DNA from: Azolla caroliniana
Lineage: Eukaryota; Plantae; Polypodiophyta
NCBI GenBank assembly: GCA_043228905.1
Contig: JBHGNT010000001.1
Location: 8,556,001-8,620,000, forward strand
Length of the DNA stretch: 64,000 nucleotides
Reading direction: 5' to 3'
In this document: positions 50,621 through 63,702 of the stretch, one piece after another
How the letters are laid out: the number at the start of each line of letters is the position of its first letter
How positions within the stretch are numbered: position 1 is the first letter of the stretch
The notes under the pieces: model-generated
What the model was told of the DNA's origin: nothing
The model's database searches: none
What the model saw: only the letters and a program-made list of their open reading frames with translations
Made by a program: the position numbers and the translations under genes

Positions 50621-51377
50621 CAACATCTTCAATGTAGATTTTATTGAATTGCTGAGTCTATTAAATATGCTTTTGTGGGTGAACAGGTCCGCATCCATAG
50701 CATAACCATGATTTGTCTGATATCAGCACATGTTTGTGGTTTTAAGGAATTCCTATCATCCATACCATGTATAACAAACTCTTTATATAGGAATCTGAAA
50801 TATCAAATTTGGCATTACAATTTAGATATAACCAATTATTATGTCATACAACATCCTCCAATTTACAAAATGCATTTATTTCTTTGATCACAACACAGAA
50901 ACTAGGTTGACCATATTCACCATCTATATATATATATATATATACATACAGTAGCTGGATACCACTTCCATCAAAATTAGGAGTAGCATAATATAACATT
51001 GTTACCACTAATGTATATAAAGGCTCATTCAGCATCATGTGAGTCCCATAAGTTAGCATTTGTTAATCTCTCAAAGACATCTTATACAGAAAGACCGACA
51101 TGTTACATCTTGTACACATTTGTTTGCAAACTGTAGACCTTACTCTTGAAGAGGTCATATATTCAATCTCCCCCAGATTCAACTATGTACATTTATAATT
51201 ATATCATTCAATTTTCATCATTTATTGATCACCCCTTCCGATGCTTGTCACTGTGGATATGAGAACACCAAGTTCCATGCCTGTACTATATGTGTGTGTG
51301 TGTGCGAGTGAGGATTAAACTGATTGAAACCTTATATTAAACAACTGAAGCTCTTTTTACAAGTAAGATGGTGTCTC

Positions 51378-51900
51378 TTAGCTTCTTCCGCGTTTTCTTT
51401 CTTTTTCCAGCTCTTGTTTCAAAGAATCTCTCATTAAGTGACTCCTCCATCTTGCTTCATATGGCTTTAAACTCCCATTCCATGTCTGGTCTTCATCCAC
51501 TCATCATTGCAATCATTGTCATCATCATAATCATCCTTCACATCATTATCTTTGATGGGATACTTTTCTTTGGAATTATCAACACCACTTGAGTTGTCAG
51601 AGTTCAGGTCTCAAAACTCTTTTTCACTAAAAGAACTTCCTGGATATTGGGTCACATGCCTTCAAGTCATTGCACCTTTCATTAAGAAATCTCTGATCTG
51701 GCAAGCATTGCCCTCTAGACCTTGATGACTTCAGGAAATAACTTAGAGAGCCCTTTATTGATGGCTCTAGGGTGGTTTCCCAAGTTGCTTCCTAGGGGCC
51801 ATGGTATTGGCACTGATGGCAGAACCACCCTTTCACATATAGCACCCAATGCTTCTGAGTTCACCCTTTCTTGTTGTTTCCTTTTGGCATGATAACCAAC
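51378..51900 (-). pseudogene. Possible decayed terminal exon (acidic stretch, basic C-terminus)
   Basis: Acceptor-like ttag|GTT near 51900; coding-like pieces VGYHAKRKQQER..., KDNDVKDDYDDDNDC and YEARWRSHLMRDSLKQELEKERKRGRS* in different frames. Confidence 0.3.
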
Positions 51901-51937
51901 CTAATGTCAGTGGCTAGGCCAATGGACTCTTTGCATC

Positions 51938-53418
51938 TTTAGTCAAACAAGAAATTGTTAGTTATATTTGGTCTCACACTATCACATGTAAATTATGCAA
52001 AGGATGGCCAAACACGTAATTGCTGATTATATTTGATCACACTTAAATTCAGTCAAATGATAGCTAAACCAATCACAGTAAATGATTTAAACTCTCAATC
52101 TCCCAAATGGGATTCTCAATGCCCACTACTAAGGTAGTCTTAATCTCTTGCAAGTTTAAAGAGATGCTAATGGATATGATCACAGGTGCACATATGTACT
52201 TACACCTGATATGTACTTACAAACCCTATAAAATTTCATCCTTGAACCAAAATTGAGGTAATGCTAAGAAAATGTTTCTCCCTTTGCTTTGCAGGATAAG
52301 ATATTAATACTGGTGACAACCAAGAGAGAAGAGTTGTGAAGATGAAGAGAAATGGAGAATGGATATGATCACAGGTGCACATATGTACTTACACCTGATA
52401 TGTACTTACAAACCCTATAAAATTTCATCCTTGAACCAAAATTGAGGTAATGCTAAGAAAATGTTTCTCCCTTTGCTTTGCAGGATAAGATATTAATACT
52501 GGTGACAACCAAGAGAGAAGAGTTGTGAAGATGAAGAGAAATGGAGTTGTTGATTTATCCCCTGTAAAATGAACAGAGCTAATGCCTATGTCTACTGTCC
52601 AAATGATCTTTCAATTTGCAAGAAACTAAGAAAAATGATGATTTACCATGCAATTTTCTACAAACCCTCAATAGAGAAAACATCCACTAGACTCACACTT
52701 GTGCAGGTGAAGAGAAGTGGAGTTGTTGATTCATCCCCTGTAAAATGAACAGAGCTCGAGCTGGGTGGGTCTTGCCTATGCTTGTCCACTGTCCAGATGA
52801 TCTTTCAATTTGCAAAAAACTATGCAAAATGATGATTTCCCATGCAATTTTCTACAAATCCTCAATAGAGAAAACATCCACTAGACTCACGCAGTTGATA
52901 AACATAGGCTCTAGACTCACGCAGCTCAAACTCTATTCATTTTACAGGGGATGAATCAACAATTCCACTTCTCTTCATCTGCACAACTCTTCTCTCTTGG
53001 TTATCACCGGTGTTAACATCTTACCCTACAAAGCAAAGGGAGAAAGCTTTCCTTATCATTTCCTCAATTTTGGTTCAAGAATGAAATTTTATATTGGTTT
53101 GTGAGTACATATCAGTGTGCTTGAGTAAGTATGTGCACCTATGATCATACTTCATTAGCATCATCATTACCATCTCTTCAAGCTTTCATGAGATTAAGAC
53201 TACTTTAGTGGTGGGCATTGAGATACCATTTGTGAGATTGAGAATTTAAATCATGGCAAAACATTTGCTGTGATTGATTAGGCTATCCTTTGACTTAATT
53301 TAAGTGTGATCGAATATAATCAGCAATAACTTGTTTGGCTATCTTTAGCATGATTTATGTGGGATAGTGTATTGACTCTTGAGGTCAAATACAACTAACA
53401 AACAATGTTTGATCAAAT
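51938..53418. repeat. Long imperfect inverted repeat with internal tandem duplications
   Basis: Left arm ~51938-52580 is the reverse complement of ~52930-53418; 189-bp tandem duplication at 52169/52358. Confidence 0.88.
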
Positions 53419-54312
53419 ATAGCTAGCATAATATAAGCGTGATAGTGTGATGAGTGCCTCCATGGTTTAAGTGAGATTTAGATTATTTTCTGTCCTCAAT
53501 AGCATAAAAGACAATGAAACCTAAGGGGGGAAATGCCCAGATTTTGGAAATTCCCTTCATGGATATGGAGAAAAAAATGAAACACAAGAAAGAAAAACCC
53601 CAATTTTGTGAGAATTCAAGAACCATTAAATAGATCTAAGACCTGTACCAATATGCACAATTAAATATTAAGAGCTGTACCAATATGCACAAATTTCTTC
53701 CTCTTATGGTAATTTTGAGAAAATGCATCATATATCAACATGAATGATCTAAGCTGATATACCGACAAAAACAATAAACTTTAGATCATCTTCCCTGTGG
53801 AAATTCATACGTAAAATAAAAAGGAAAGCCTAGATAATGAAAATTTTCATCAAATCTCGGAGAAAAGAATGACTTCCCATGTCTATGAATATAACCAAAA
53901 TGTAAAAAACAAACCTACAGAAAAAGAAAGTAACCTGTAAAAATAAGGAGTTGCACATTCATCATCATAATCATTTATTCCTGATCTTATTGATTAATGC
54001 GACAAATAAATCAGTTCGACCTTCCCCATGGGCTAGGCCCCGTCTCATGGATCACAATCGGTCCCCTGTGAGCGTTAAAAATCTATCTGTGTGTGCAGAT
54101 TAGATAGATAGACATTCTGTTCAAGAAGTACTAACAAACAAACAGTAGACATTACTTTTCGCTACCTGGAAAGCTTCAAGCTTCTATAGTGATGGTGGCC
54201 AAGTAACTGAGTTATGTAGAAACTTGAAAGCCGGAGTCTGGAAGAGTTCCCTTGTAATGGTTTCTTTACTTCCTTGCATAATTTAACTCTTTTAAACTAA
54301 TAAGCGATGTCT

Positions 54313-54350
<38 letters not shown>

Positions 54351-56783
54351 AAGAAGAAGAAGCGAATTTGTTTTTTGTTGCTGCGCTACGCTCTCTATCA
54401 GAAACGGAATTGGGCACAAAGGCAAGTGTTAGAAAGCCCTCGATTAGAGTTTTCTAACGATATATGACAAGTTAAATTTGGTGGTTTGTACGAGAAGCAG
54501 CGATAGAAATAAGGAATCTTGTGTTGTCGGCATCCACATACTCAACATATTGTGGGTCTTCAATTGTCTTCATCATCTTCGACCTCTTCAATCGAGTGAG
54601 TTCCGGCTGTCTCTCTTGTTCATGGAAAATTGTTTTTATCCCGGATTGATATCATATCAAGAATAATGGATATAAACATGATTTCCTCACAAATTGTGAG
54701 GGACATCGATATGGAAACAATTGATCCAAAAAAGAGTAATGTGATGGTTGATTGTAATCGTGAAAGGGAAGACATTGGAAGCTCTAAGAAGTTTAAGGGT
54801 ATTGAGGAAATTAATGAGAAAAAATTGACATATGCCGAAGGAATACATGTATATGAGGTTTACAAGATTCATTATAATTGGGATAATTTACTGGGAATTG
54901 CCAATACCTTGATATATGATATTGTGGAAGAAAATGAAAATACAATGAAAGAATGCATTGATGAGGATGTGCATGATTTGGAAGTTGATGTTAAGGCAGT
55001 GTTACAATCTTTTGATGTATTCTATGATCGTGTTGTTATATTATTTTTTACCGGGAAACTCCCATACATTAATTGGATTAAACAATGGTTGAACACAATC
55101 GTGTCACCAAATTGTGTTGAAAATATATATGCATGACCACAAGGGTTTATTCGTTCACCAGAACATCAAAGTGAATTGTTGGCTAAAGTTCCTGTGTTTT
55201 TTGATAAACGATTGGTGCATGTAATGCAATGGTCCCCCATAGTGGACTATCATGCTTTGTTAAAACAAGAATGCCATGTTTGGGTAGTAGTGGATTGTAA
55301 GCATAATTTTTTATGGCCACTTTTACCAAAGTTGATGAGTCAAATGGGTAAAGTGTTGGTATCTCCACATGCAAATGCTACAAATAAGTGCAAATTTTGT
55401 GTGTTATGAGATACAAGTCGTAAGAGGCCCGAATGGGTGTGTATGAACACACCTGGTATGAAAAGACTTTGTTTTAAATTGAAGTGGGAGACATTTGCAG
55501 GTCATTGTTTTGGATGTGGTGAATGGGGTCACTTTATGGTGGAATGCCACTGTCACTGTCCTTCAACTATAGATGTTCTTAATGAAGGGAATGGTAAGGA
55601 AGGAGTTGGGAGAGATGTTGGTGTGTTAGATATTGTGGTTATTGTGGATAAAGGAGCATCGTCTAGAGCAAGTTATAAAGAGGGCTCACTTCAAGGTTTG
55701 GACCCTAAGAATAAGGGAACTCAATATATGGATATGGAAAAACAAAGTTTAGTGGTTATAAATAATGGGGAAAACCCATTGGATAGAACTAGTAGTGATG
55801 TTGTTGTTGACAAAGATTGGCATTAGGTTAAGGGCGAGTCGAAGTGGAAATCAATGAATATGCAACGTAATAGTTTGCCCACTACTCGTGAGACTACTTG
55901 GCAAGGTAATTCAAGAACTAAGGAGGGTCCTCGAAAAGTTCCTTAGCAATGACAATTTAGGGATAAGGGATTACCCCTTCACCTTCAATTTGATTCATTG
56001 GGACGGGTTGTAAATTCATCGAATTCTCGAGATTTTCGTCAATCGAGAGGACCGAAACAAAAGATTTCGATAGACAACCTAAGGATGTGGTGCATGAAAA
56101 TCCATATGCAGCATTTGAACATGCTTTGACTAGTTTCATGACATCAGTTGCTCTAAAGTAGCAAGTGCACCCATAACATTGTTGATTGAATGAAAGTGGT
56201 AACATGGAATGTGAGAGGGGCATGTTCTCCTCATAAGAAGTATATATTATGGAAAACTTTGTTATGTCGATAATGGGATGTATTATGTGCAGTTGAGCAT
56301 AAGTGTCATGAGTTAGCAAGATCCATAGTTCATTTGCATGGATATTCATCATTTTATGCAGGACATCTTAATAATCATTATTCATGTGTGGTATTAATCA
56401 TGGCGGATAAATATTATCCTCAAGTGATGCATAATTATCCTTATGGTCAGTTTTTGGTTCTAGAAATCACATTTTTTGGCGAGGTTGTGTGGGTGGTTGC
56501 GATTTATGCCCCTAACCAAGTCACTCAACGTATTGCATTATGGGGTTCACTCCTTCAAAGTCTATGTGTGGGTTGTCCAGGATTACTTATGGGTGATTTA
56601 AACATGTGTGTTGATGCATCTCAATCTACGTCTGAACATTTAATCATGGATGGTCCTGAGCAACTGGCTTGGGATTCATTAGCTATGGAGGTTCTGAAGT
56701 TGGATGTTTGGACATGGTTGCATGGGAACGATCTAGGTTTTACCTTCCAATCCACTCAACATATACAAACATGGAGTCGATTA

Positions 56784-56878
56784 TGTCACGGACGTAGACA
56801 AGCAAGTACAAGTAGGCAACCTCAATATTAACAAAGAGCGAAAGATAGATATATAGATAGAGAGGAGCATAGACAAGA

Positions 56879-56927
<49 letters not shown>

Positions 56928-57256
56928 CAAAAGAGCGAGAACTAAATTATGCTTCCGTAACTGGTGTTGTTCACCTTGATTGTAATCAAGGTGCACCGAA
57001 GTATTTATACAAGAATGTGGTGGTATGCATGTAAGCTAGGAAACATCTAGAGAATGCATGGAAACTTCTAGAGAGTGCATGTCTATGCATTCTCTGGGAG
57101 TTTCTTGAAAGCTCTAATGATTAACTTACAATGTAATAAGTTGAAACTTATACAATACAATAATGCACAGATGGAATGTAGCTCAATTGGTAAGGTTTCC
57201 CAATAAGACCAAGAGGTTATGGGTTCAACCCCCTACATTCCATCATGTCTATGACA
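56784..57256 (-). mobile_element. Solo LTR inserted in LINE copy B, carrying a tRNA-like cassette
   Basis: tgtca..tgaca ends. Flanks gatta/agtta each differ by one transition from ggtta at the empty site in copy A. Reverse TATA near 57001. Confidence 0.85.
57172..57243 (+). ncRNA. tRNA-like Pol III cassette (not a canonical tRNA)
   Basis: 7-bp stem TGGAATG/CATTCCA, A box TAGCTCAATTGG, B box GGTTCAACCCC, 72 nt long; D and anticodon arms are non-canonical. Confidence 0.55.
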
Positions 57257-60200
57257 AGTTAGATAGAATGTATGTGATGCACAATGATTCATTTTTAACG
57301 ACATCACTTCCTATGAAAGTTCTACAATATGTAGGAACTTCATATCACTTTCCTATTTGTTTGGAAGTTTGTAGTCATGCAATTGACATGTATACATCCT
57401 TACTTGGAAAGCCTCCATTATGCTTTAACTCTTCTCTTTTGCTTCAACCTCACTTTGATTCTCTCATGGAGCAAATTTTGGTAAATTTTTCACAAGTGAA
57501 TCTTAATGGAGTTAAAGCATGGGATAACACGTTAGGAAACATTGATGCGAAAACTCAAGGATGGGCTCATATATAATCAATGTCAATCTCATTTGTTTTT
57601 CCAAGCATTACATCCTACTTATGCTCGCTCTAATGTGGTACATGTGCAGCAAGGGGATGAATTGATAGTGGATCCTACTACAATAATTGATATATGTGTT
57701 CTTTACTTTAAGGAGTTGATTGACCCACGATTGTTAATGACAACTGAGGTGAGTAGAGCACGTCATGAGTTTTATGATGTGGTTGGATGTATTGTGCATG
57801 ACCTCATTAGTCATGAATTGGATGCAGATTTCATTGAGGATGAGGTGGGCACGGTTTTAGAGCATCTTCCTAGTGGTAAGGGTCTTGGTTGGGATGGCTT
57901 GACAAATGAAGTTTTTAAGCGATATTCGAACATTTTAATGGGGCCTTAACTTTTATGTTTCAAGATATTCTTGGGATTCTAGTCATATGCCTCAAGCTTG
58001 GAAGATTGGTTTAATTAAATTAGTTCCAAAGGTGGCATCTACCAAGTCATTTCATCAATGGAGGCATGTTTCTTTGATGGGGGGGTTGTATAATATATTT
58101 ACAAAGGTCTTGGCAAATAGATTACAAAATTATTTTCCAAAGTTGATACATCTCGCCCAATATGGTTTTATTGCAAGTAGGAATATATTGCATAATGTGT
58201 TGAATGTTCAAATGGCCATGGATTATGCTCGAAACACTCATCAAGAATTGATTATTGTGCAATTAGATTCGGAGAAAGCTCATGATCATGTTAATTGGTC
58301 CTTTGTTTCTGGGTTAATGCATACAATGGGCTTTGGACCTCGTATGTCTCGCCTCATATTTTTATTAGAACGAGATGCAGTGTCTCGAGTAATGCTTAAT
58401 GGAAGAGTTACATCAGATATTGCCCTCACAAGATCCGTTCGTCAAGGATGCCCTCTTAGCCCATTGTTGTTTGCTATTGTTACTCATCCTTTGTTAGTGA
58501 TGCTATCAAGACTTGCAATAAATGGTGACATTGTGGGTTTACACCTTCCGTCCGGAGGGCAAATAGTAGCACAAGTTTTGGCGGATGATTCTTTCATGTT
58601 TTTACAAGCCTCACGGAATAATCTTGAGAAGGGGATGCTTGTATGGAATCAGTTTGCATTGGCTTCCGGATTACATATTAATTGGAGGAAGTCTAGTCTC
58701 ATATAATGTACTGAAAGGGATTTGGAATGTTTAGGATGGCAAGGATCTATGGTGAAGAAAGGCTCTATTTTCGACACTTAGGTTATCCATTAGGGATGAA
58801 TGTTACAAATGGTCAATTGATTGAATGGATGTCTGGTAAATTGAGGGATAAGTTCATGTATTGGAAGTCACAATCTTGGACATTTCATATATGCTTGAAG
58901 GTTGAACAATGTATTACGGAACCCATGATATTATATTACTTGCCATTGTTGCCATGGACAAAGAAGGCTTTGCATTATGTTTTGCAACCTCTTCGATATT
59001 TGTTGTGGAAGAAGAGGGGTAAGATGGTAATCACTTGGGTTGCGTGGAATTATCTAGCAACCCCTAAGTGTTTGGGGGGGAGCTAGAATATTGAACTTAT
59101 TTATGCATATGATGGCTTGTAGATTTTTATTATTACAAGACATGTGATCAAACTCACAACCATGGATATCTATTGTTCGATATTTCATTGAGAACAAGGG
59201 TTTAACACATGGGAGGACAATCATTAACGCTTCATGGTGGCAATTACTAAATGGATGTATTTCACTTAGGATTTTGGGCTCTTCATGTGTTCAACACTTG
59301 GTTACCTCATGGCAATAAGCACTCTTGTTATGTGTATGGAAACCATCCTCTAGTAGAGAGCATTGTAATTCTTTGCAAAAAGAGTTACTTGTGTCTTCTC
59401 CGTTATTATGTTGCCCAGGCAAGGAGAGATTGCACTCTCAATTTAATCGTTTGTTTTGTTTAGGGGTCAAAGAGGTGGGAGATATAGTTGAGGCTCCATC
59501 TCAAAGAATTTTGGAGTTTGTTGAAGCACGACAATTATTACACATCCCGCCTAATTATGGGTTTATTTGGCAACAACTACAAAATATTACATTGATGCAA
59601 GGTCCCTTACCTCTATAAATTGGAGAACAACCGTGGATTTATTGGTGTTTACGGGGTAAACGTCGTTGTTACGAGTGACTACTAATCTTTTGTATCATTG
59701 TTTTGTTGAGTCTCTTGGATGGTTATCATCTAAGGCTGAAGAAGAATGGAAAATACACAAATCTGATCATGGATGGTAGCAAATCTTACAACATAGTTGG
59801 CATTCTAAATTGTCACTTGTAGCAAAGGTCTTCATTTGGAGAGTTTTGATTGGAGGATTGCCTGTGGGATTAGTTGTAAAGCATCATGGACTAGCAACGT
59901 GTAATTGCTTCTTTTGCACTATTCAAATGGAAGATAGTACTCATCGATTTATACAATGTTCAATTGCTTGTTAGATTTGGAGTTACATTTCTCAAATTTG
60001 GCAAGTTTTATCACGATGTTATTTGACACCTAGACAGTGGGCGTTTGCACAATTTACACAAGTTGACCCAAAATCAGAGATGGAGATCGTTTTTCTATTT
60101 TTGAGATATTGGGGATTGCGTCATAATTGGAACATGCGCAACACTTTTGTATTCGATGGTAGTCATGGAGTGAAAGCATATCTACGAAAGTTGAAGGGAG

Positions 60201-60525
60201 TACTAATGTGACAATTTCCTTTATTGGAGCAAGTGGAAATTCTTTCCTCAATGGAGTGTTCGTCTTGCCTTTTGGCAATTCAACATGTTCCACTGCCCAT
60301 GGGTAACCATGCTCCATTGTCACACCCATTGTAAGTAGTGTTTTTTACACACATTTATTAGTATAATTGTGTGTTTTCACTAAGAGTGAGAGAGAAAGAA
60401 AGAAAGAAAGATATATTAATGTCTTCTAAGGCCAAAATTGACCCATGAGACAAATGGTTTACAAAAAAATGGGATATTTACCCATTCATCGAAAGTAAAA
60501 TGAGAGAGTGAGAATGTGTGTATGT

Positions 60526-60617
60526 GTGTATTATGTATTATGTATTATGTATTATGTATTATGTATTATGTATTATGTATTATGTATTATGTATTATGTA
60601 TTATGTATTATGTATTA
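60526..60617. repeat. (TGTATTA)~13 heptamer tandem repeat
   Basis: Direct observation. Confidence 0.95.
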
Positions 60618-61644
60618 ACAATATATATCTTGTATCTTGTATCTGTGTATGCATACTTTTACATGTCATCAATCGATGAGTGTTGTGTGTTTGTGTTTTG
60701 TGCGTACTTTGCTTGTTTTGTTGTGTTGTGCCTATATCAGACTTTGGCCATGCTCGACACACCAATGAAACCCTCCTTTCGTCCACTCACTAGTTTATCT
60801 TCATACAACTGTCAACAACCTACCTAGTGCCCACCACATGTAGTTCTAATTCCTTGCTTATCGATTCCGAAAGTAATTTGACTCTTTGGCTTTCTTACAA
60901 CCAATACCTTGAGCCCTTTAGTTGTCCTTTTTTTTGTTTGGTTTAATAGTGGATTGTGTAGAAACTATCAATTGATTATTTGTTATGAGTAGGAATCATG
61001 CAATCAATGCCATGTTTCTCCTTTGTCAACATGACAATCCCTTTGGGTTTGTTAGAGCTCTTATGATATTGATGAACATTTTGTGCTTTACTTTTCAAAA
61101 TTTTGTGTATACACGTTTCATTTTGAGGTTTCTTCATAGTAAATTGGCATAAGTTGCTAAAAAACAAGACATTGTTGATTTCTAGTAGGAAACTTCAAGT
61201 TACAATCCAATAAATTCACGAATAGTCATACCTTTCACCTCTTTTGATATTTATGTCGTGCATTGGTAAAAGAAATTTGTGTATCATGAGATGTATACAT
61301 GCATGTGTGTGTGATTGTGGCCCCTAATACCCACGTAGATAATAACATAAGAAGGGAGAATAATACATGTGTCCAATGATAGGTCACATAGATGAAAATT
61401 AATATGGAACACCATGAATCATTATAAAGGCATTAATTGGTGTGATGAAATTAATTATTCAATACGTTAGTCAATGGATCTCCATTTTGCCATATGTTTG
61501 TGAGCTTGTATTTGCAATCAATCAATATCAATCGATAAAAATATAATATTCTAGTGGCTAACAAAGGACCTTCCTCTACACTTGTTGCATCGTTTGTCTT
61601 AAAAATGGGAAAAGTCATAACACACCTAAACTATGTAGTTTCCT

Positions 61645-62315
61645 TTTTCTTTTTTTTCATAAAACATATGCTCCATTGGTATTAATAAAAAGCCCGAAGG
61701 CAGTATACAAATAGTACATAATATTGTTTCATCTCCACCAGTATATCTGAACTGATTCTAGCATTTGTAAAAACTGTTGGGAAAAAAACAGCCATAAAAC
61801 ACAACATTGATTCCAGTGATTTGCTGCAGAAAACAAAATTTCGGGCTCTTAGAACAGAACTCCATATAAAACTTATATTTCACATGATATTCCATGTCCT
61901 CCGTCTTTCCAATCATATGTGTCAGGTGTGGAGCTGTAAGAAGATTCACCATCCCAACAGAAACAGTTGCAAATAGATCTGAACTGATTCCAGCATTTGT
62001 AAAAACTGTTGGGGAGAAAAAACCAGACCATGAAAATGAAATGTACTATACTAATCTCCACCTCTCACCCCATTTGCTTCGATCCCCACAACTTATTCAC
62101 TCTCCCTTCATGATGTGCTTCGGCCCCCTCACCATCATCACTCCTAAAAACAACCAAATTGCTTCATTCAATCCACCTCCACCATCTCGCCGAATGCTAC
62201 CAATGTCCTGTGGAATTAACAACCAAATAAGTAAAAAAATTCCTCATCCCCTCATGAGCTGCTTCGATCCCCCCCACCATCATCACTCCTAAAACAGACA
62301 CATTGCTTCCTTTAG
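61645..62315 (-). mobile_element. Retroposed ~670-bp chimeric insert with sugar-transporter fragments
   Basis: 16-bp TSD aactatgtagtttcct (61629-61644 and 62316-62331); poly-A at 61645-61657; encodes FLQQITGINVVFY and PTVFTNAGISSDLFATVSVGMVNL. Confidence 0.75.
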
Positions 62316-63626
62316 AACTATGTAGTTTCCTCGTGTATCTAGGCCATGACCAAAGTACAATGTATCCTTCAATGCAATATACGTTTTCTTTGTGATAATA
62401 CATGTGCCCTTGAGCACCTTGATTGACTCGTTACTTGCTCAATCAAGCAACATCCATTTATGAGTTGTCGGGTTGTGGTTGCTCTATAACTTATTCGCAT
62501 GGCCATGGTCTTCTAAAGAAGTTTAGTACCCGCCTTTGCACATGCCTTGTTGGGCTTCTACCTCAAGAAGAAATAATCTGAGTTCATGACTCGAGAGAAT
62601 GGTCCAAATCCATCTTCAATGAGGCAATGGAAGAGCCCTTAGATGTCATAGTAAATTGAGCAACGACATAGAAAGTTTTCGTGAAATCCTAGCTCTGTAT
62701 GGCATGAAACCATGTTCTATATTAAAGAGGGACATCCTTATACTCGCATATCTTTATCTACCGATTGAGATGACCAAAACATTCGATGGTAGATCATATG
62801 ATTACATTTAAGAGTAATTATGGAAGAAAGTCCACCACCTCCTATCACGTTATGCTCTTGGAAACATGTGTTCAACCTATAGAGATATTGGAGCTACAAA
62901 GAGCATATAAATACATTACAAAAAGCCAAGAATATGGCAAATCATAGATTATCACATCATTGCTTGGAATGTTGGATGTAAACTACGGGAAGAATCAAGC
63001 GAGAACAAAATTCTTTCATTCGGTTCAAAGGAAGGAGATACACATCAAGAAAGCTTTTGTACTTTAGGTCGTGTGGGTCAATATTGGCCTCTCTATGGAC
63101 GGTAAAAATATCTATCTATCTATCCATCCATCCATCCAATCATCCATCCCATTAGAGATATCAATAAGATTCGGAAATGACAGTCCAAACATGGGGAATC
63201 TTGTGTAGAATGTGTGTATGTATGGACATGTATGTGTGTGTGTGTGGGGGGGGGGGCATTTGTGGGTAAATTTGGTAATATGTGTATGTATTTGTTTAGG
63301 AGAAAGACACACATATACATATGATATACATACATACACACACATATACATATGATATACATACATAGATGTATGCATGCATAGAGACATACACACATAT
63401 CATACATACATAACGCTCAGAGAGTGCGCTCAATTCCATAAGCAGTCAGAGGTACTCATCATCTTCGCCTTCGTCTTCGTCTTCGTTTCTCTGAGTATTC
63501 CTCCTCCTCCAACGGAACGTCATACCTGCAGATCTTTCATTTCCTTTACTCCTCGCGTTTCCTTTCTCGTCGCCGTCTTCTTCTTGTTCTTCAAGATCAG
63601 CATTCATATCATCCTTTCTGCGATTC

Positions 63627-63702
63627 ATGGCGGATTCTGACGGTTCTTCGTCTTCTTCATACCAGAACGGCTACAAGTCTTTCCGCCAAGCTAGTCGGGA
63701 AC
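63627..63702 (+). CDS. KEU: First coding exon of a Sec1/Munc18 protein KEULE/SEC1; gene continues beyond the window
   Basis: MADSDGSSSSSYQNGYKSFRQASRE(R) matches the recalled KEULE N-terminus (SDSDSSS..YKNFRQITRER); followed by a gtgag donor and preceded by a CT-rich leader. Confidence 0.82.

Larger units (their letters stand above)
54348..60382 (+). mobile_element. Full-length LINE family 2, copy B (more decayed)
   Basis: Colinear with copy A from gggaagaagaagcgaattt to gtgtgttttcac; many stops and frameshifts; (GA)n tracts on both sides. Confidence 0.92.

Noticed and set aside
57172-57243. A functional tRNA gene
   Set aside because: The D stem is incomplete, the T stem has two mismatches, there is no canonical anticodon loop and no oligo-T terminator; kept only as tRNA-like.
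60526-60617. Interstitial telomere repeat
   Set aside because: The unit TGTATTA lacks the G-run of TTTAGGG-type repeats.
63112-63407. ORFs rich in C, V, M and Y
   Set aside because: Low-complexity (TA/CA/TG) simple-repeat sequence upstream of KEULE.
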